IMG/VR virus record: IMGVR_UViG_3300033067_001613
Span: 1 to 26,542 of that record
Reading direction: 5' to 3' (one strand)
DNA from: a virus
Lineage: Duplodnaviria; Caudoviricetes
DNA: 26,542 bases
A model generated the notes under the pieces. It saw only the letters and a list, made by a program, of their open reading frames with translations, did no database searches and was not told where the DNA came from. The first letter of the stretch is position 1. Each line of letters opens with the position of its first letter. Positions 7,748-16,174 of this stretch are shown piece by piece. The position numbers were made by a program, and so were the translations under genes.

Positions 7748-9687
7748 AGCGTAGCTCCACGCACTAGATTACCATAGCCAATTTGAGACAACTGCCGATG
7801 CTGTAACAAAACTCGTTCAGCGATCGGCAGCTTGCTTAATTCCGCTTCTAAATCGCGATTTTCCTTGTGGTGCTGCTCCCACCCACTTACACGTCCATGC
7901 CATAGATGTAAAAAATCAAATGACCTATTTTCAAGCCAATTTGAGGCCGCCGACAGTCTGGCATAAAAGTCGCAGTCCTCACATCCATATCCATAATAAT
8001 CTTCATTAAAAGCACCTACCTTCCAATAAGCCTTAGTTCTACTAGCTAATGACCCCCCTTCAAAGTATCCGATAACGCGATCGCACTTAACATTATTATC
8101 GACAACACCGCTACTATTGACCAGATCGGTAGCCTCTTTGCTAGAATAAATTACGCGGCCACCAATATGACAAGAATCATATTTAGCAAGCGTTTGAAAC
8201 ACGCTGGATGTGTAGTGCCCCTGTGCCAGCATGTCCGCATCATGCAATATGACCACATCGTGATCGGCCTTAGAAACACCGAAATTAAATGCCGCTGATT
8301 TATTGAACAGTGGACTTTGTTCGCGAAGGACCATCCAATGATCGACAGGACCTATCTTACCCAGATCGATATTATTTTTCGCATCCTGCTCAACCATAAT
8401 AATCTGAATGGCCGGAAACTTTTGCCCACGCACACCGTTTACGACAGTCCCTATAGAGTCGCTCCTGTCAATGTTCCTAAACGGAATGACATATGAGACA
8501 GATGGAACTGCTGTAGCAGGGCTTGGATCACATTTATTCTGAACTTTTCTACTCGAGAATTTTTCGCGGGCCGACCGCAGATATTCCGATTTCCCACTTA
8601 CCGATGAATCGTCGCTGTGCAGCTTGAAATATTGCACAGACCCTTCCACGTCAAAAAATCCCGGCTCTTGTAGACCGAATTCACACATCTTCTGCGACCA
8701 GTCCACATGCTCCATACCGTACAGACCATACGACTCATCAAAATACCCAATCTTACTAAAAGCCTCATTAGTAAAGGCCAAAACCGCTCCATGCGGCTTG
8801 TCATCCACTTTGTACAGTATGACCCCACCGCGTTTGACCTCATCTCCAAGTGCGGCCCCATATACACCGGGCTGTCTAAAGATGAAGTGATGCATCTTGG
8901 TACGATTCATCACATCAAAATAGAATATATCCCAGCCATAATCTAAAACTTCGACGTCATCATTCAACAGCATACCGTATCGAAATCTCTTTAAACATCG
9001 TAGCAATCTGTTGCTATTGCCCGCGACACCTAATCGCTCTTTATTGCGTATGATTACTATGTTTCTATTTGTCTGTATAGAATCTAGATATGCGACGGTA
9101 TCTTGGTCATCACTGCAATCATCTGATATGAAGATTGTTGTCTTCCGCAGATCAGTCTTTTGAATTATGGAGTTTACTAATCGCTCTAAAACTTTTCCGC
9201 GATTATACGACAATATACCAACCCCAATATTGTTGCTTATTGGGTAATTATTTTCTTCAATATTAGATCGCAGTAACGATGTGGGGTCAACATCTATCGG
9301 CCTTCCGACTATTTTATTTGATCTACTGACAGACCGTGGTTGTACTTCACGCTTCCTTGTGGTAGCCAGTCTCTTGGCCTTTTCGACCGCAGCTTTGCTT
9401 TGCAAAGTTCTCTGGAGCGGTTTGGGTGCGGCTGGTGTCGGAGTTGGGACCGATGGTGGAGGAGCTATGTGTCGCTTAGACAGATTGATCTTACCTTGCG
9501 AGACTCTCGTCTGTTGTATGGGTGGGGTCGGCTTGCCTTCGTTTATGATTCGGATGAATCCGCGTTTACAATATTTTTCATAATATTCTGGAAGCTCTAC
9601 ACTCTTGCGGCTGGCGATCTGAATAGCTTCGCCATTTGGCCCCGTTAGGTGTACAGTATATCCATGCGGATTCATGTATATTGGCAT
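7744..9687 (-). CDS. bifunctional glycosyltransferase: GT2 plus GT2/GT7C domains, with N-terminal extension
   Basis: Domain 1: 'ILSYNR', 'ISDDCSDD', 'LLNDD', 'GYFDE.YG.YG.EH.D'. Domain 2: 'YVIPFR', 'VEQD', 'FNKS..FN.G', 'HDAD', 'GAFNEDY.GYG.ED.DF..RL', 'HLWH'. Confidence 0.92.
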   Translation of the reverse strand: MPIYMNPHGYTVHLTGPNGEAIQIASRKSVELPEYYEKYCKRGFIRIINEGKPTPPIQQTRVSQGKINLSKRHIAPPPSVPTPTPAAPKPLQRTLQSKAAVEKAKRLATTRKREVQPRSVSRSNKIVGRPIDVDPTSLLRSNIEENNYPISNNIGVGILSYNRGKVLERLVNSIIQKTDLRKTTIFISDDCSDDQDTVAYLDSIQTNRNIVIIRNKERLGVAGNSNRLLRCLKRFRYGMLLNDDVEVLDYGWDIFYFDVMNRTKMHHFIFRQPGVYGAALGDEVKRGGVILYKVDDKPHGAVLAFTNEAFSKIGYFDESYGLYGMEHVDWSQKMCEFGLQEPGFFDVEGSVQYFKLHSDDSSVSGKSEYLRSAREKFSSRKVQNKCDPSPATAVPSVSYVIPFRNIDRSDSIGTVVNGVRGQKFPAIQIIMVEQDAKNNIDLGKIGPVDHWMVLREQSPLFNKSAAFNFGVSKADHDVVILHDADMLAQGHYTSSVFQTLAKYDSCHIGGRVIYSSKEATDLVNSSGVVDNNVKCDRVIGYFEGGSLASRTKAYWKVGAFNEDYYGYGCEDCDFYARLSAASNWLENRSFDFLHLWHGRVSGWEQHHKENRDLEAELSKLPIAERVLLQHRQLSQIGYGNLVRGATL

Positions 9688-10298
9688 TATCTGATCACCT
9701 GCACATACATCGGAGTATACTCATTGGTTTCCACGATGTGCTGCATTTGAAACTTGCTGGGTTTGATGACTAGATCGCCACCATAATTCCCAGACCCGTT
9801 AGTGACACACTCTAGGACACGTTCGTCGCAAGTTTCGATTTTTATCACTTCTTGCGTTCTGTACGTTTTGCCAAAAATGTCTCTGATAATACCAGGCCCA
9901 GCCAATTTATTGATGGCGACTTGCATATCAACCAGCATTGGTCCCTGTTCGTCCAGCGCAAGGAAAAACTGAGCCTGTGACAGTTTGATAATATGCATGG
10001 CAGATATGAGGCGGACTATCTCTGACTTGATAAAATTAGAGGCCGCCTCGGATATGTTGGTCTTGTTACCAACCAAGTCTATATTATTACCAGCCCAGTC
10101 GCCACAAACTACCACCACATCATCAGAATCTGTCTTCCTATACACCAAGACAGAAAACCCTGGGTTATATGCTCTAATAATGTAACAGAACTTATCACGA
10201 ATCGCAGCCTGGGACAGCGACAAAAACTTCGGATATTTCAGTACTGCAGGTAATGTTACGGCTTTAGACGTACCAGACTGGGGAATTCGTTTTGCCAT
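9687..10298 (-). CDS. hypothetical protein, possible degenerate RNA-ligase/nucleotidyltransferase fold
   Basis: ATG at 10298 chosen as start. TAATG coupling to the downstream GT. 'KYPK', 'LVD' and 'GDLVIKP' recall ligase motifs, but there is no KxDG. Confidence 0.65.
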   Translation of the reverse strand: MAKRIPQSGTSKAVTLPAVLKYPKFLSLSQAAIRDKFCYIIRAYNPGFSVLVYRKTDSDDVVVVCGDWAGNNIDLVGNKTNISEAASNFIKSEIVRLISAMHIIKLSQAQFFLALDEQGPMLVDMQVAINKLAGPGIIRDIFGKTYRTQEVIKIETCDERVLECVTNGSGNYGGDLVIKPSKFQMQHIVETNEYTPMYVQVIR

Positions 10299-10584
10299 AT
10301 TGTTGAATCGCCCAAGCACCTTTGAAGGCATTCTTAATGTCAGACAGTTTGATTTTTCTAGTCTCTTTGGCCCGTTCCGATTCAGGCATCGTAAACAGAT
10401 TAAACGGAACGGTGGCGAAAATTATCGACAATTCATCGGTTGCTGGGTTGAAGTGGGAGACGACGCCGAGCCAGTGTGTCCACCATCCCGACCACACAAC
10501 AAAATCACCAACCTCCGGAGTGTAGTCGTTCAAGTTCCCATATTGGGCCAACGAAATCGTGTGCAGTGCTCTGGCCATCGCCAT
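10264..10584 (-). CDS. hypothetical protein (106 aa)
   Basis: TAATG coupling with the upstream ORF. 'YTPEVGDFVVW' beta pattern. Confidence 0.75.
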   Translation of the reverse strand: MAMARALHTISLAQYGNLNDYTPEVGDFVVWSGWWTHWLGVVSHFNPATDELSIIFATVPFNLFTMPESERAKETRKIKLSDIKNAFKGAWAIQQYGKTNSPVWYV

Positions 10585-11081
10585 TATTCAGTTACCTTTA
10601 CCAACTTATGCTCGAAGATATTGTATTTATATACAATACCATCTAAATTCCAACAGATCATCAGACCATCTCGATACGCGCCCATCCACCGCTTGATGAA
10701 CTGGTCTACCCAAGTCACTCCCAACGCACCGTTTCCAATCTTGGCTGACGGCATGACCACGCCGTTTACCTCGATCGTCTCGTGAGAGTTTACAAGGTCT
10801 GCTGATTCAATCCTCTTCTTGACCAGCTGTAGCCCCTCGATGATGAGGTCACGCTTGCTTTTGGACTGCGTCTTCGTAGAGAGGTTGAAGGTTGTCGTAC
10901 GACCGTCCACACCAACAGGAACAGCCGCATTTACCGGCACCACTTGAGCCGCCGACTGATGTGGATCAAATTCTGCCAAAACCCTCTTGATATCGTTCAT
11001 CGTCTTGACTGTGGGAGGGTCGAATGGCGTATTAGTAGTCCTACGACTCTCCCGTTCAAAGGCACGATCCAGGGCTTCCAT
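10584..11081 (-). CDS. hypothetical protein (165 aa)
   Basis: TAATG coupling at both ends. Confidence 0.75.
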   Translation of the reverse strand: MEALDRAFERESRRTTNTPFDPPTVKTMNDIKRVLAEFDPHQSAAQVVPVNAAVPVGVDGRTTTFNLSTKTQSKSKRDLIIEGLQLVKKRIESADLVNSHETIEVNGVVMPSAKIGNGALGVTWVDQFIKRWMGAYRDGLMICWNLDGIVYKYNIFEHKLVKVTE

Positions 11082-11560
11082 TACGACCTCTTTACTACGT
11101 AGAACTTTGAGAGTTTTGACTTACGCATGATTACCGATTGGACGGTATCTAGCGTCGATTTTCCAAGATTTACTTCTAGGTCACACGCTTCCACGCGACC
11201 TTTCTTTAGCAATTGGAAAATGATATGGTACATGTTAGACAGTCTATGAACAATGATTCCAATTCCGAAGCAGTATACGGTCCAGTGCACATTAAATTCG
11301 GCAACAGTATATGGTCTGGTGATAAAACATATAATCACCGCCACCCATGCGCTAGTACAGTACCCACAACCTATCAGCTTATCGCAAAAGACTTTAAAGC
11401 TTTGGTAATATGTGACTGGCGGCGGGCCTTCAAACGTATACACCCACCGCTTGATCCGCTGCCGTACGGGATCGAATATATCAGACGTGGTTAGGATTTC
11501 CGTGACAGCTTCTGTTGCGATTACTAATAACAACAGAATCCACACAGAGGCCCAGGTCAT
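11081..11560 (-). CDS. DUF1360-like membrane protein
   Basis: Hydrophobic helices with 'IFDPVR' and 'LIGCGYCTSAWVA' (CxxCxSxW). Confidence 0.7.
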   Translation of the reverse strand: MTWASVWILLLLVIATEAVTEILTTSDIFDPVRQRIKRWVYTFEGPPPVTYYQSFKVFCDKLIGCGYCTSAWVAVIICFITRPYTVAEFNVHWTVYCFGIGIIVHRLSNMYHIIFQLLKKGRVEACDLEVNLGKSTLDTVQSVIMRKSKLSKFYVVKRS

Positions 11561-11814
11561 GCGATTTCTCTACAGTTAACATTGGAACATTGATGGCGTT
11601 CTCGCCCAGCTATATTTACGACTATCATCGGATATCCACACTTTGTACATGTCTCGCGTGGAATTCGGTATTGCCTATTGACGCTGGCGGCCTTGGCGGT
11701 TTGATTATTCCTAATCACCCGCTGGACAACCGGTTGCTTATCGGCTGGTTGCTTTTCGCCTATTTCCTGCCGTCTGGGGCTTTGGCGAGGCCCGCTGCCA
11801 CCACAACAAGCCAT
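11557..11814 (-). CDS. small Cys-rich protein with C-terminal Zn ribbon (85 aa)
   Basis: Starts MACCGG at ATG 11814 with AGGA upstream. CTKC...CSNVNC zinc ribbon. Confidence 0.75.
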   Translation of the reverse strand: MACCGGSGPRQSPRRQEIGEKQPADKQPVVQRVIRNNQTAKAASVNRQYRIPRETCTKCGYPMIVVNIAGRERHQCSNVNCREIA

Positions 11815-11815
11815 G

Positions 11816-11968
11816 TTATATCCTATGCTTATCTGGCGAATTGACTGGAACAGTCTCTTTCCGGACATTCATAGGGCGATGCACGCGAGTGGTAACCTTA
11901 GCCAATTGTGGCCGATCAGAACGAATCACCCTACCGGGCTTCGAGTTTCCACAACCGCCGCAACCCAT
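11816..11968 (-). CDS. small basic Cys-rich peptide (50 aa)
   Basis: GGAGG RBS before ATG 11968. Sequence MGCGGCGNSKPGRV... Confidence 0.7.
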   Translation of the reverse strand: MGCGGCGNSKPGRVIRSDRPQLAKVTTRVHRPMNVRKETVPVNSPDKHRI

Positions 11969-11988
11969 ATGACCTCCAACAGCCGATG

Positions 11989-12711
11989 CTATTGTAGGTT
12001 TGGCTTGTCCATAATAGTAGTCGATTTGAAGATGGATTCCGGCAGAACATTGGCTGCGAAATCTTTCCAACGGCACAGGTACAGAGGATCTAAATGCATA
12101 TTATGATAGATATAATTGGCCTTCTTCTTGGTACGTGAAATATTATGTGATATCATTCCATGCCATTCATATATGTCGAATGACATGTGTGGGAACCAGA
12201 TGTCTTTATTAAATTGTTTGCACTTTTCGTATGCCGTTGCAGCTTCTGGTTTAGGAGTAATGATGCCGTTTCTGAATGGCATCTGGGACACAGCCACCCA
12301 ATCCCAGTTTGGGTGTGGCTTAAAGAACATCAATGGATAAAAGTCGGTCTTGAACGTCTTGCTGAGCAAACTGGCATCATACGACGCTTGGTGCCACCAC
12401 ACTGTGAAGATGTTCCCAGGCACATTTCCGAGAATTCCATCTATCGAGAATCCGGCCCCAGACTTGGCCTCTACAGAGAAAATGATGGAACCTTTCACAG
12501 GGATCACATCAGCCGTAGATTCTCTTTCAATGACCGTAGATTCACGACCTTCTACCCGCCGCCTACGAAATTCTACCCCGGTCCAGTCTTGGAGCATATG
12601 GGCCACCCGGCGTTCGTGGTTTTTCGATTTAGCCACGTTTGACTTGCCGGTTTTGGATTGCTGCAACTTGCGAGCAGCTTCTTCCTCAGGCGTCAAAATC
12701 TTGGGAGCCAT
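11989..12711 (-). CDS. PD-(D/E)xK nuclease, Holliday-junction-resolvase-like
   Basis: 'KSKNHERRVA..L', 'ADVI', 'FSVEAK', 'WWHQA..DA', 'PLMFFK'. GAGGA RBS before ATG 12711. Confidence 0.75.
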   Translation of the reverse strand: MAPKILTPEEEAARKLQQSKTGKSNVAKSKNHERRVAHMLQDWTGVEFRRRRVEGRESTVIERESTADVIPVKGSIIFSVEAKSGAGFSIDGILGNVPGNIFTVWWHQASYDASLLSKTFKTDFYPLMFFKPHPNWDWVAVSQMPFRNGIITPKPEAATAYEKCKQFNKDIWFPHMSFDIYEWHGMISHNISRTKKKANYIYHNMHLDPLYLCRWKDFAANVLPESIFKSTTIMDKPNLQ

Positions 12712-12718
12712 ACATTCC

Positions 12719-13459
12719 TCAAGCAAACCATTGCACAAAGCCTATCCGTGATTTCCCATTGCTTGGGGTCACACTATGATAGCTAGGATCTGTTCTGAAA
12801 TTGCACAAAAACAATCTGTTATACGTTGGAACAATTTGATCAACCAAAACCAAATCATGCGGTCGATCGTCTGGGAATCCGCCGCCAGGTGTCTGAGTTC
12901 TAATACGCTGATGCTTGTTCAAGAAGTCCATTCTACCAGTCGGAGTGTTAACCACGACCACATTAGGATCGTGAGCTTCGTCAACTCGCCACAACTGTAA
13001 TAGACCCCCATCAGCCGCTACCCAATCCTTATTAAAATAGCAAATAGCAACTAATTTCCGAATCGTACTATCGGTGTGAATCCAGAACCCATCCGCATCC
13101 GGACGATGATATCGCAACTTAATTTCAGTGGACAGAAATTTAGGCTCAGCGCCCAACAAGAAACAACAGTATTCCTGCCACTCAGGATCATAAAACAAAT
13201 CCGCCCCAAAACTGTCACGCTGGGCGAAAACGACCGCTCCATCATATGGTAATAGTGCTTTGGTCCTAGGATCGAACCGGTCGTTTTCTTCGCTAAATTT
13301 TAATAGCTTATGATGTGCTATAAGCTCATCTAACTTAGACTCTTTGAAGAAGTTATCAAGCACAACATATTTAATAGATGGTTTAGCGACAACTGATTCG
13401 GCTATATCCCGAACAGTTTGTTCCTTCAAATAGATCGGATTTATCCAGTCATCGATCAA
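12719..13459 (-). CDS. 2OG-Fe(II) oxygenase
   Basis: 'VVLDNFF', HxD (HTD), 'YFNKDW...DGG.L.LW', 'P..NRL', distal His in 'SYHSV' and Arg in 'SRIG'. Confidence 0.88.
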   Translation of the reverse strand: MIDDWINPIYLKEQTVRDIAESVVAKPSIKYVVLDNFFKESKLDELIAHHKLLKFSEENDRFDPRTKALLPYDGAVVFAQRDSFGADLFYDPEWQEYCCFLLGAEPKFLSTEIKLRYHRPDADGFWIHTDSTIRKLVAICYFNKDWVAADGGLLQLWRVDEAHDPNVVVVNTPTGRMDFLNKHQRIRTQTPGGGFPDDRPHDLVLVDQIVPTYNRLFLCNFRTDPSYHSVTPSNGKSRIGFVQWFA

Positions 13460-13781
13460 AATGAATTGTCACAGATTTATTTCGGCCATGGATTGTCACA
13501 TCACCATTAATGTCTTTTGTACAATTTTTAATAGTAGCCTTCCATGGAACAATGACAGTAACTCCTGTTCCACCAGACTTTACAAGGACGTGATACTGCC
13601 CAGCAATAGCTTTTCCACCATCTGTTCTTGGGATGATCTTAACCTCATATCCACTAGATGGAAAAGATCCGCTAACAGTAACTGTCCCAGATTTATCCGA
13701 TTCAGCTGAATCGAACGTACCCAGCGCAAAACTTGATCCAACAAAGCAGCAGACCAAAATCATTGACAGCGCTGTTTTCAT
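13449..13781 (-). CDS. exported small protein (signal peptide), PrcB-C-like
   Basis: N-terminal MKT + hydrophobic stretch + S-F-A cleavage-like site. 'G.FPSSGYEV.I...VIVPW' recalls PrcB_C. Confidence 0.65.
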   Translation of the reverse strand: MKTALSMILVCCFVGSSFALGTFDSAESDKSGTVTVSGSFPSSGYEVKIIPRTDGGKAIAGQYHVLVKSGGTGVTVIVPWKATIKNCTKDINGDVTIHGRNKSVTIHFDR

Positions 13782-13783
13782 TA

Positions 13784-14476
13784 TCAGGTCCTGTACTTGA
13801 CGGCATCTTTCCAGTTAGTAATATGTGTATCTACTTTGTTCCCGACAGAAGTCAAGCCCTTCATATAATCTAAATCCTTTTGATAATCTGGGCGGCTTCT
13901 GCGAGCTTGCCAGTTCTCAAAACCCTCTGGATATCCGGACTGAGAATTCAAGCTAGCAGAGCCAGCGGCCCCATGGTATAAGAAGAATTGGGCTAACGGT
14001 TTCCCCTTCGGAATGAGAAATTCCCCAGGCTGATTTAACAAGAATACCAGCCCAAAATTCCCAACACTCCACCACGCTTCTATGCACGCCTCCATGCAGG
14101 TATATGGACAACTGCGCTCGTTCGCTATCCCCTTGATATACACAAAATCGCCAGGATCTTTAGTGACTGGAATGAACTTGGCTTGGACTGTAAAGCTTCC
14201 AAAAGCTGCGTGATTATCGACTTCGTAATGTGATGACTTGTCAATATGCTGAATGGTTGCGTTGGAATGCACGTCGCCATTCCACTTTACTATAAACGTA
14301 CCTGGAGACAGAATATACCAACCTAAGCTGTTCGCCATAGACAGTGGCAAGCAGTGTTTAGCGTGATTCACCGTTCTCTTATTATCATCCCACCAGTCGC
14401 GTAACTTCTTGGCCGGAATAGGAGCCAGAGACATATCAAACTCTGGAGCGAAACATAACTTTATTTCATGACCCAT
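13784..14476 (-). CDS. DUF6065-like protein
   Basis: 'HCLPLSMANSLGWYILSP' and 'IPKGKPLAQF'. Start placed at ATG 14476. Confidence 0.7.
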   Translation of the reverse strand: MGHEIKLCFAPEFDMSLAPIPAKKLRDWWDDNKRTVNHAKHCLPLSMANSLGWYILSPGTFIVKWNGDVHSNATIQHIDKSSHYEVDNHAAFGSFTVQAKFIPVTKDPGDFVYIKGIANERSCPYTCMEACIEAWWSVGNFGLVFLLNQPGEFLIPKGKPLAQFFLYHGAAGSASLNSQSGYPEGFENWQARRSRPDYQKDLDYMKGLTSVGNKVDTHITNWKDAVKYRT

Positions 14477-15236
14477 AATCGCTATCCAAAAGGTACAGCA
14501 TGCCAATCCGCCGCAATTCATCGGCGATAGCATCATAATTTACAACCCGATCAAAAACTGAATTCGGGTTCTGCTTCATCAATTTACTCTTCAGTACGTA
14601 CGTCTCACCGACCAACCATGGTAGCAATTCTGCCACTGCGGCAGTATTATGTTGATATGATTCATACGCCAATTTAGTATAGTCTAAACTATATTGTTTA
14701 GCTTTATTTAATAAATAATTCCTTTGCGATACGATAGCCTTTAAATCATCTGCCAATGTTTGAATTGGCACTTCGACTCTGGCCGTAACAATATTACCAT
14801 CCCAACACACGGGCTGATTTGTCACTCTTACTATTAAGTCAGAGATATGCTGCAGCAAGATATTATGGCGAAATATTATCACAGCCTTGACAGCGTGTTC
14901 TTTTAAATAATACCAGAAAATATTTTCTTGGCGTAGGGCGGCCACCTGATGGGCCATTATCTTGAATCCAGCCGCCAGAGTAGCAAACCTAGTAGTTTGT
15001 ATCCATGTTGGCGGCTCTTCGTCGAATAAAATATCGAGAGTTTTGGTGATGTCATTTTGCACCATCTCCTCGGGCATTAGATTGCCGAGAAGCGGTTGCA
15101 TGTGATGCGAGTGCGTCTTAGGATTAATAGGCTCTATTAACACTCGCACATTTTTATTAGAGTTTAGCAAACTGCAAAACAATGTGGACCCGGTTCTCGG
15201 CTGAGACAGAACCACAAATTTTGCACGTTCGTTCAT
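14466..15236 (-). CDS. sulfotransferase (Stf0/NodH-like)
   Basis: 'FVVLSQPRTGSTL...LLNS', 'GFKIM', 'R.N.L...IS', 'L.YE', 'KQN', 'V.NYD'. Confidence 0.85.
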   Translation of the reverse strand: MNERAKFVVLSQPRTGSTLFCSLLNSNKNVRVLIEPINPKTHSHHMQPLLGNLMPEEMVQNDITKTLDILFDEEPPTWIQTTRFATLAAGFKIMAHQVAALRQENIFWYYLKEHAVKAVIIFRHNILLQHISDLIVRVTNQPVCWDGNIVTARVEVPIQTLADDLKAIVSQRNYLLNKAKQYSLDYTKLAYESYQHNTAAVAELLPWLVGETYVLKSKLMKQNPNSVFDRVVNYDAIADELRRIGMLYLLDSDYGS

Positions 15237-16084
15237 TGCAGATCTTTAAATGGTAGTACAAGATTGGAGAATTCTTGCAGCAGTCCGTTTATTTTATATT
15301 GCATCGTACGTTTGTTGATTTCTGTTTTATCCCACACCACTGGTGCGGCCATCGTCTTGTGAATGTACCGCTTGTTGGCCAGCATCTCAGGACACAGCGA
15401 AAGATCAATGAGGGCCAGATTGCGATAGAACAGCTTGGGGTCAACTGTCCTAATAAATGTTTGAAAGTCATGCATATTGTCTAATAGTCGCTTGCCTTTG
15501 ACCGGACCGATACCGTCATATCCAGGGATACTATCAGAAGGATCGCCGACGAGCGATTTGAGCATAACCGGGCTATAGTCTGGTACCGGCTTCTCTTCCA
15601 TTTTCTTGGGATCGAACACAACCGAACTATGGAAGTTATACGGGATTTGCATCATATCCCCGTCACTAGACACTATAACCATCTTTTTGGGATGGAAGAC
15701 AGTGGCCGCAGTATAAATCAAGTCGTCGGCTTCCATAGCCTTGCGAAGGTACTGTCGAACTCCCATCACTTGGAACATTTCCATAGCGACAGTCGTAGTC
15801 GTCATCAGATCGTCCTTGATGTCTCGGACATAATCGCTCTTATCGCGATCCTTATATGTCGCCAGAATCTTTTTTCGCCATACGGTGTTTCGCGGTGAAT
15901 CCCAGAACATGTGCACCGATTCTGGCCTATAACGATTCATCCAACCAGTCAATTGCCGCAAGAAGATGACAAAATAATGATATGGGTTCTCGTGCTGGTT
16001 ATTAGACTTACCAGCGTGAATAGCACGATACATTACATTACGACCATCAATTAACATGATGGTGGGTACAGAAGCCCCAGACAT
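15233..16084 (-). CDS. 5'-3' exonuclease / T4 RNase H-like flap nuclease
   Basis: 'LIDG.N..YR', 'FWD', 'WRK.....YK..R', 'EADD', 'SSDGD..Q', H3TH motif 'GDPSDSIPG..GIG'. Confidence 0.92.
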   Translation of the reverse strand: MSGASVPTIMLIDGRNVMYRAIHAGKSNNQHENPYHYFVIFLRQLTGWMNRYRPESVHMFWDSPRNTVWRKKILATYKDRDKSDYVRDIKDDLMTTTTVAMEMFQVMGVRQYLRKAMEADDLIYTAATVFHPKKMVIVSSDGDMMQIPYNFHSSVVFDPKKMEEKPVPDYSPVMLKSLVGDPSDSIPGYDGIGPVKGKRLLDNMHDFQTFIRTVDPKLFYRNLALIDLSLCPEMLANKRYIHKTMAAPVVWDKTEINKRTMQYKINGLLQEFSNLVLPFKDLQ

Positions 16085-16111
16085 ATCGTCCCTTTGGGTG
16101 AAGTGGAGATA

Positions 16112-16144
16112 GACAGAAAGGTGGCGGATCAATGATCCGCCACC
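16112..16144 (-). terminator. Rho-independent terminator after the SSB gene
   Basis: Perfect 11-bp inverted repeat GGTGGCGGATC-(3 nt)-GATCCGCCACC (16120-16144), followed on the minus strand by TTTCTGTCT. Confidence 0.75.
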
Positions 16145-16174
16145 CGATCCCGCAAATTATGACAGCAGAATCAA

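Noticed and set aside
458-9687. Cellular capsule or O-antigen locus
   Set aside because: No flippase, polymerase or sugar-nucleotide genes. The GTs are interspersed with phage-type hypotheticals and linked to gp32-like and gp41-like genes.
837-15898. Numerous 60-160 aa plus-strand or alternative-frame ORFs in the track
   Set aside because: They lie antisense to or nested within well-supported minus-strand genes and lack RBS or motifs (2144-2380 excepted).
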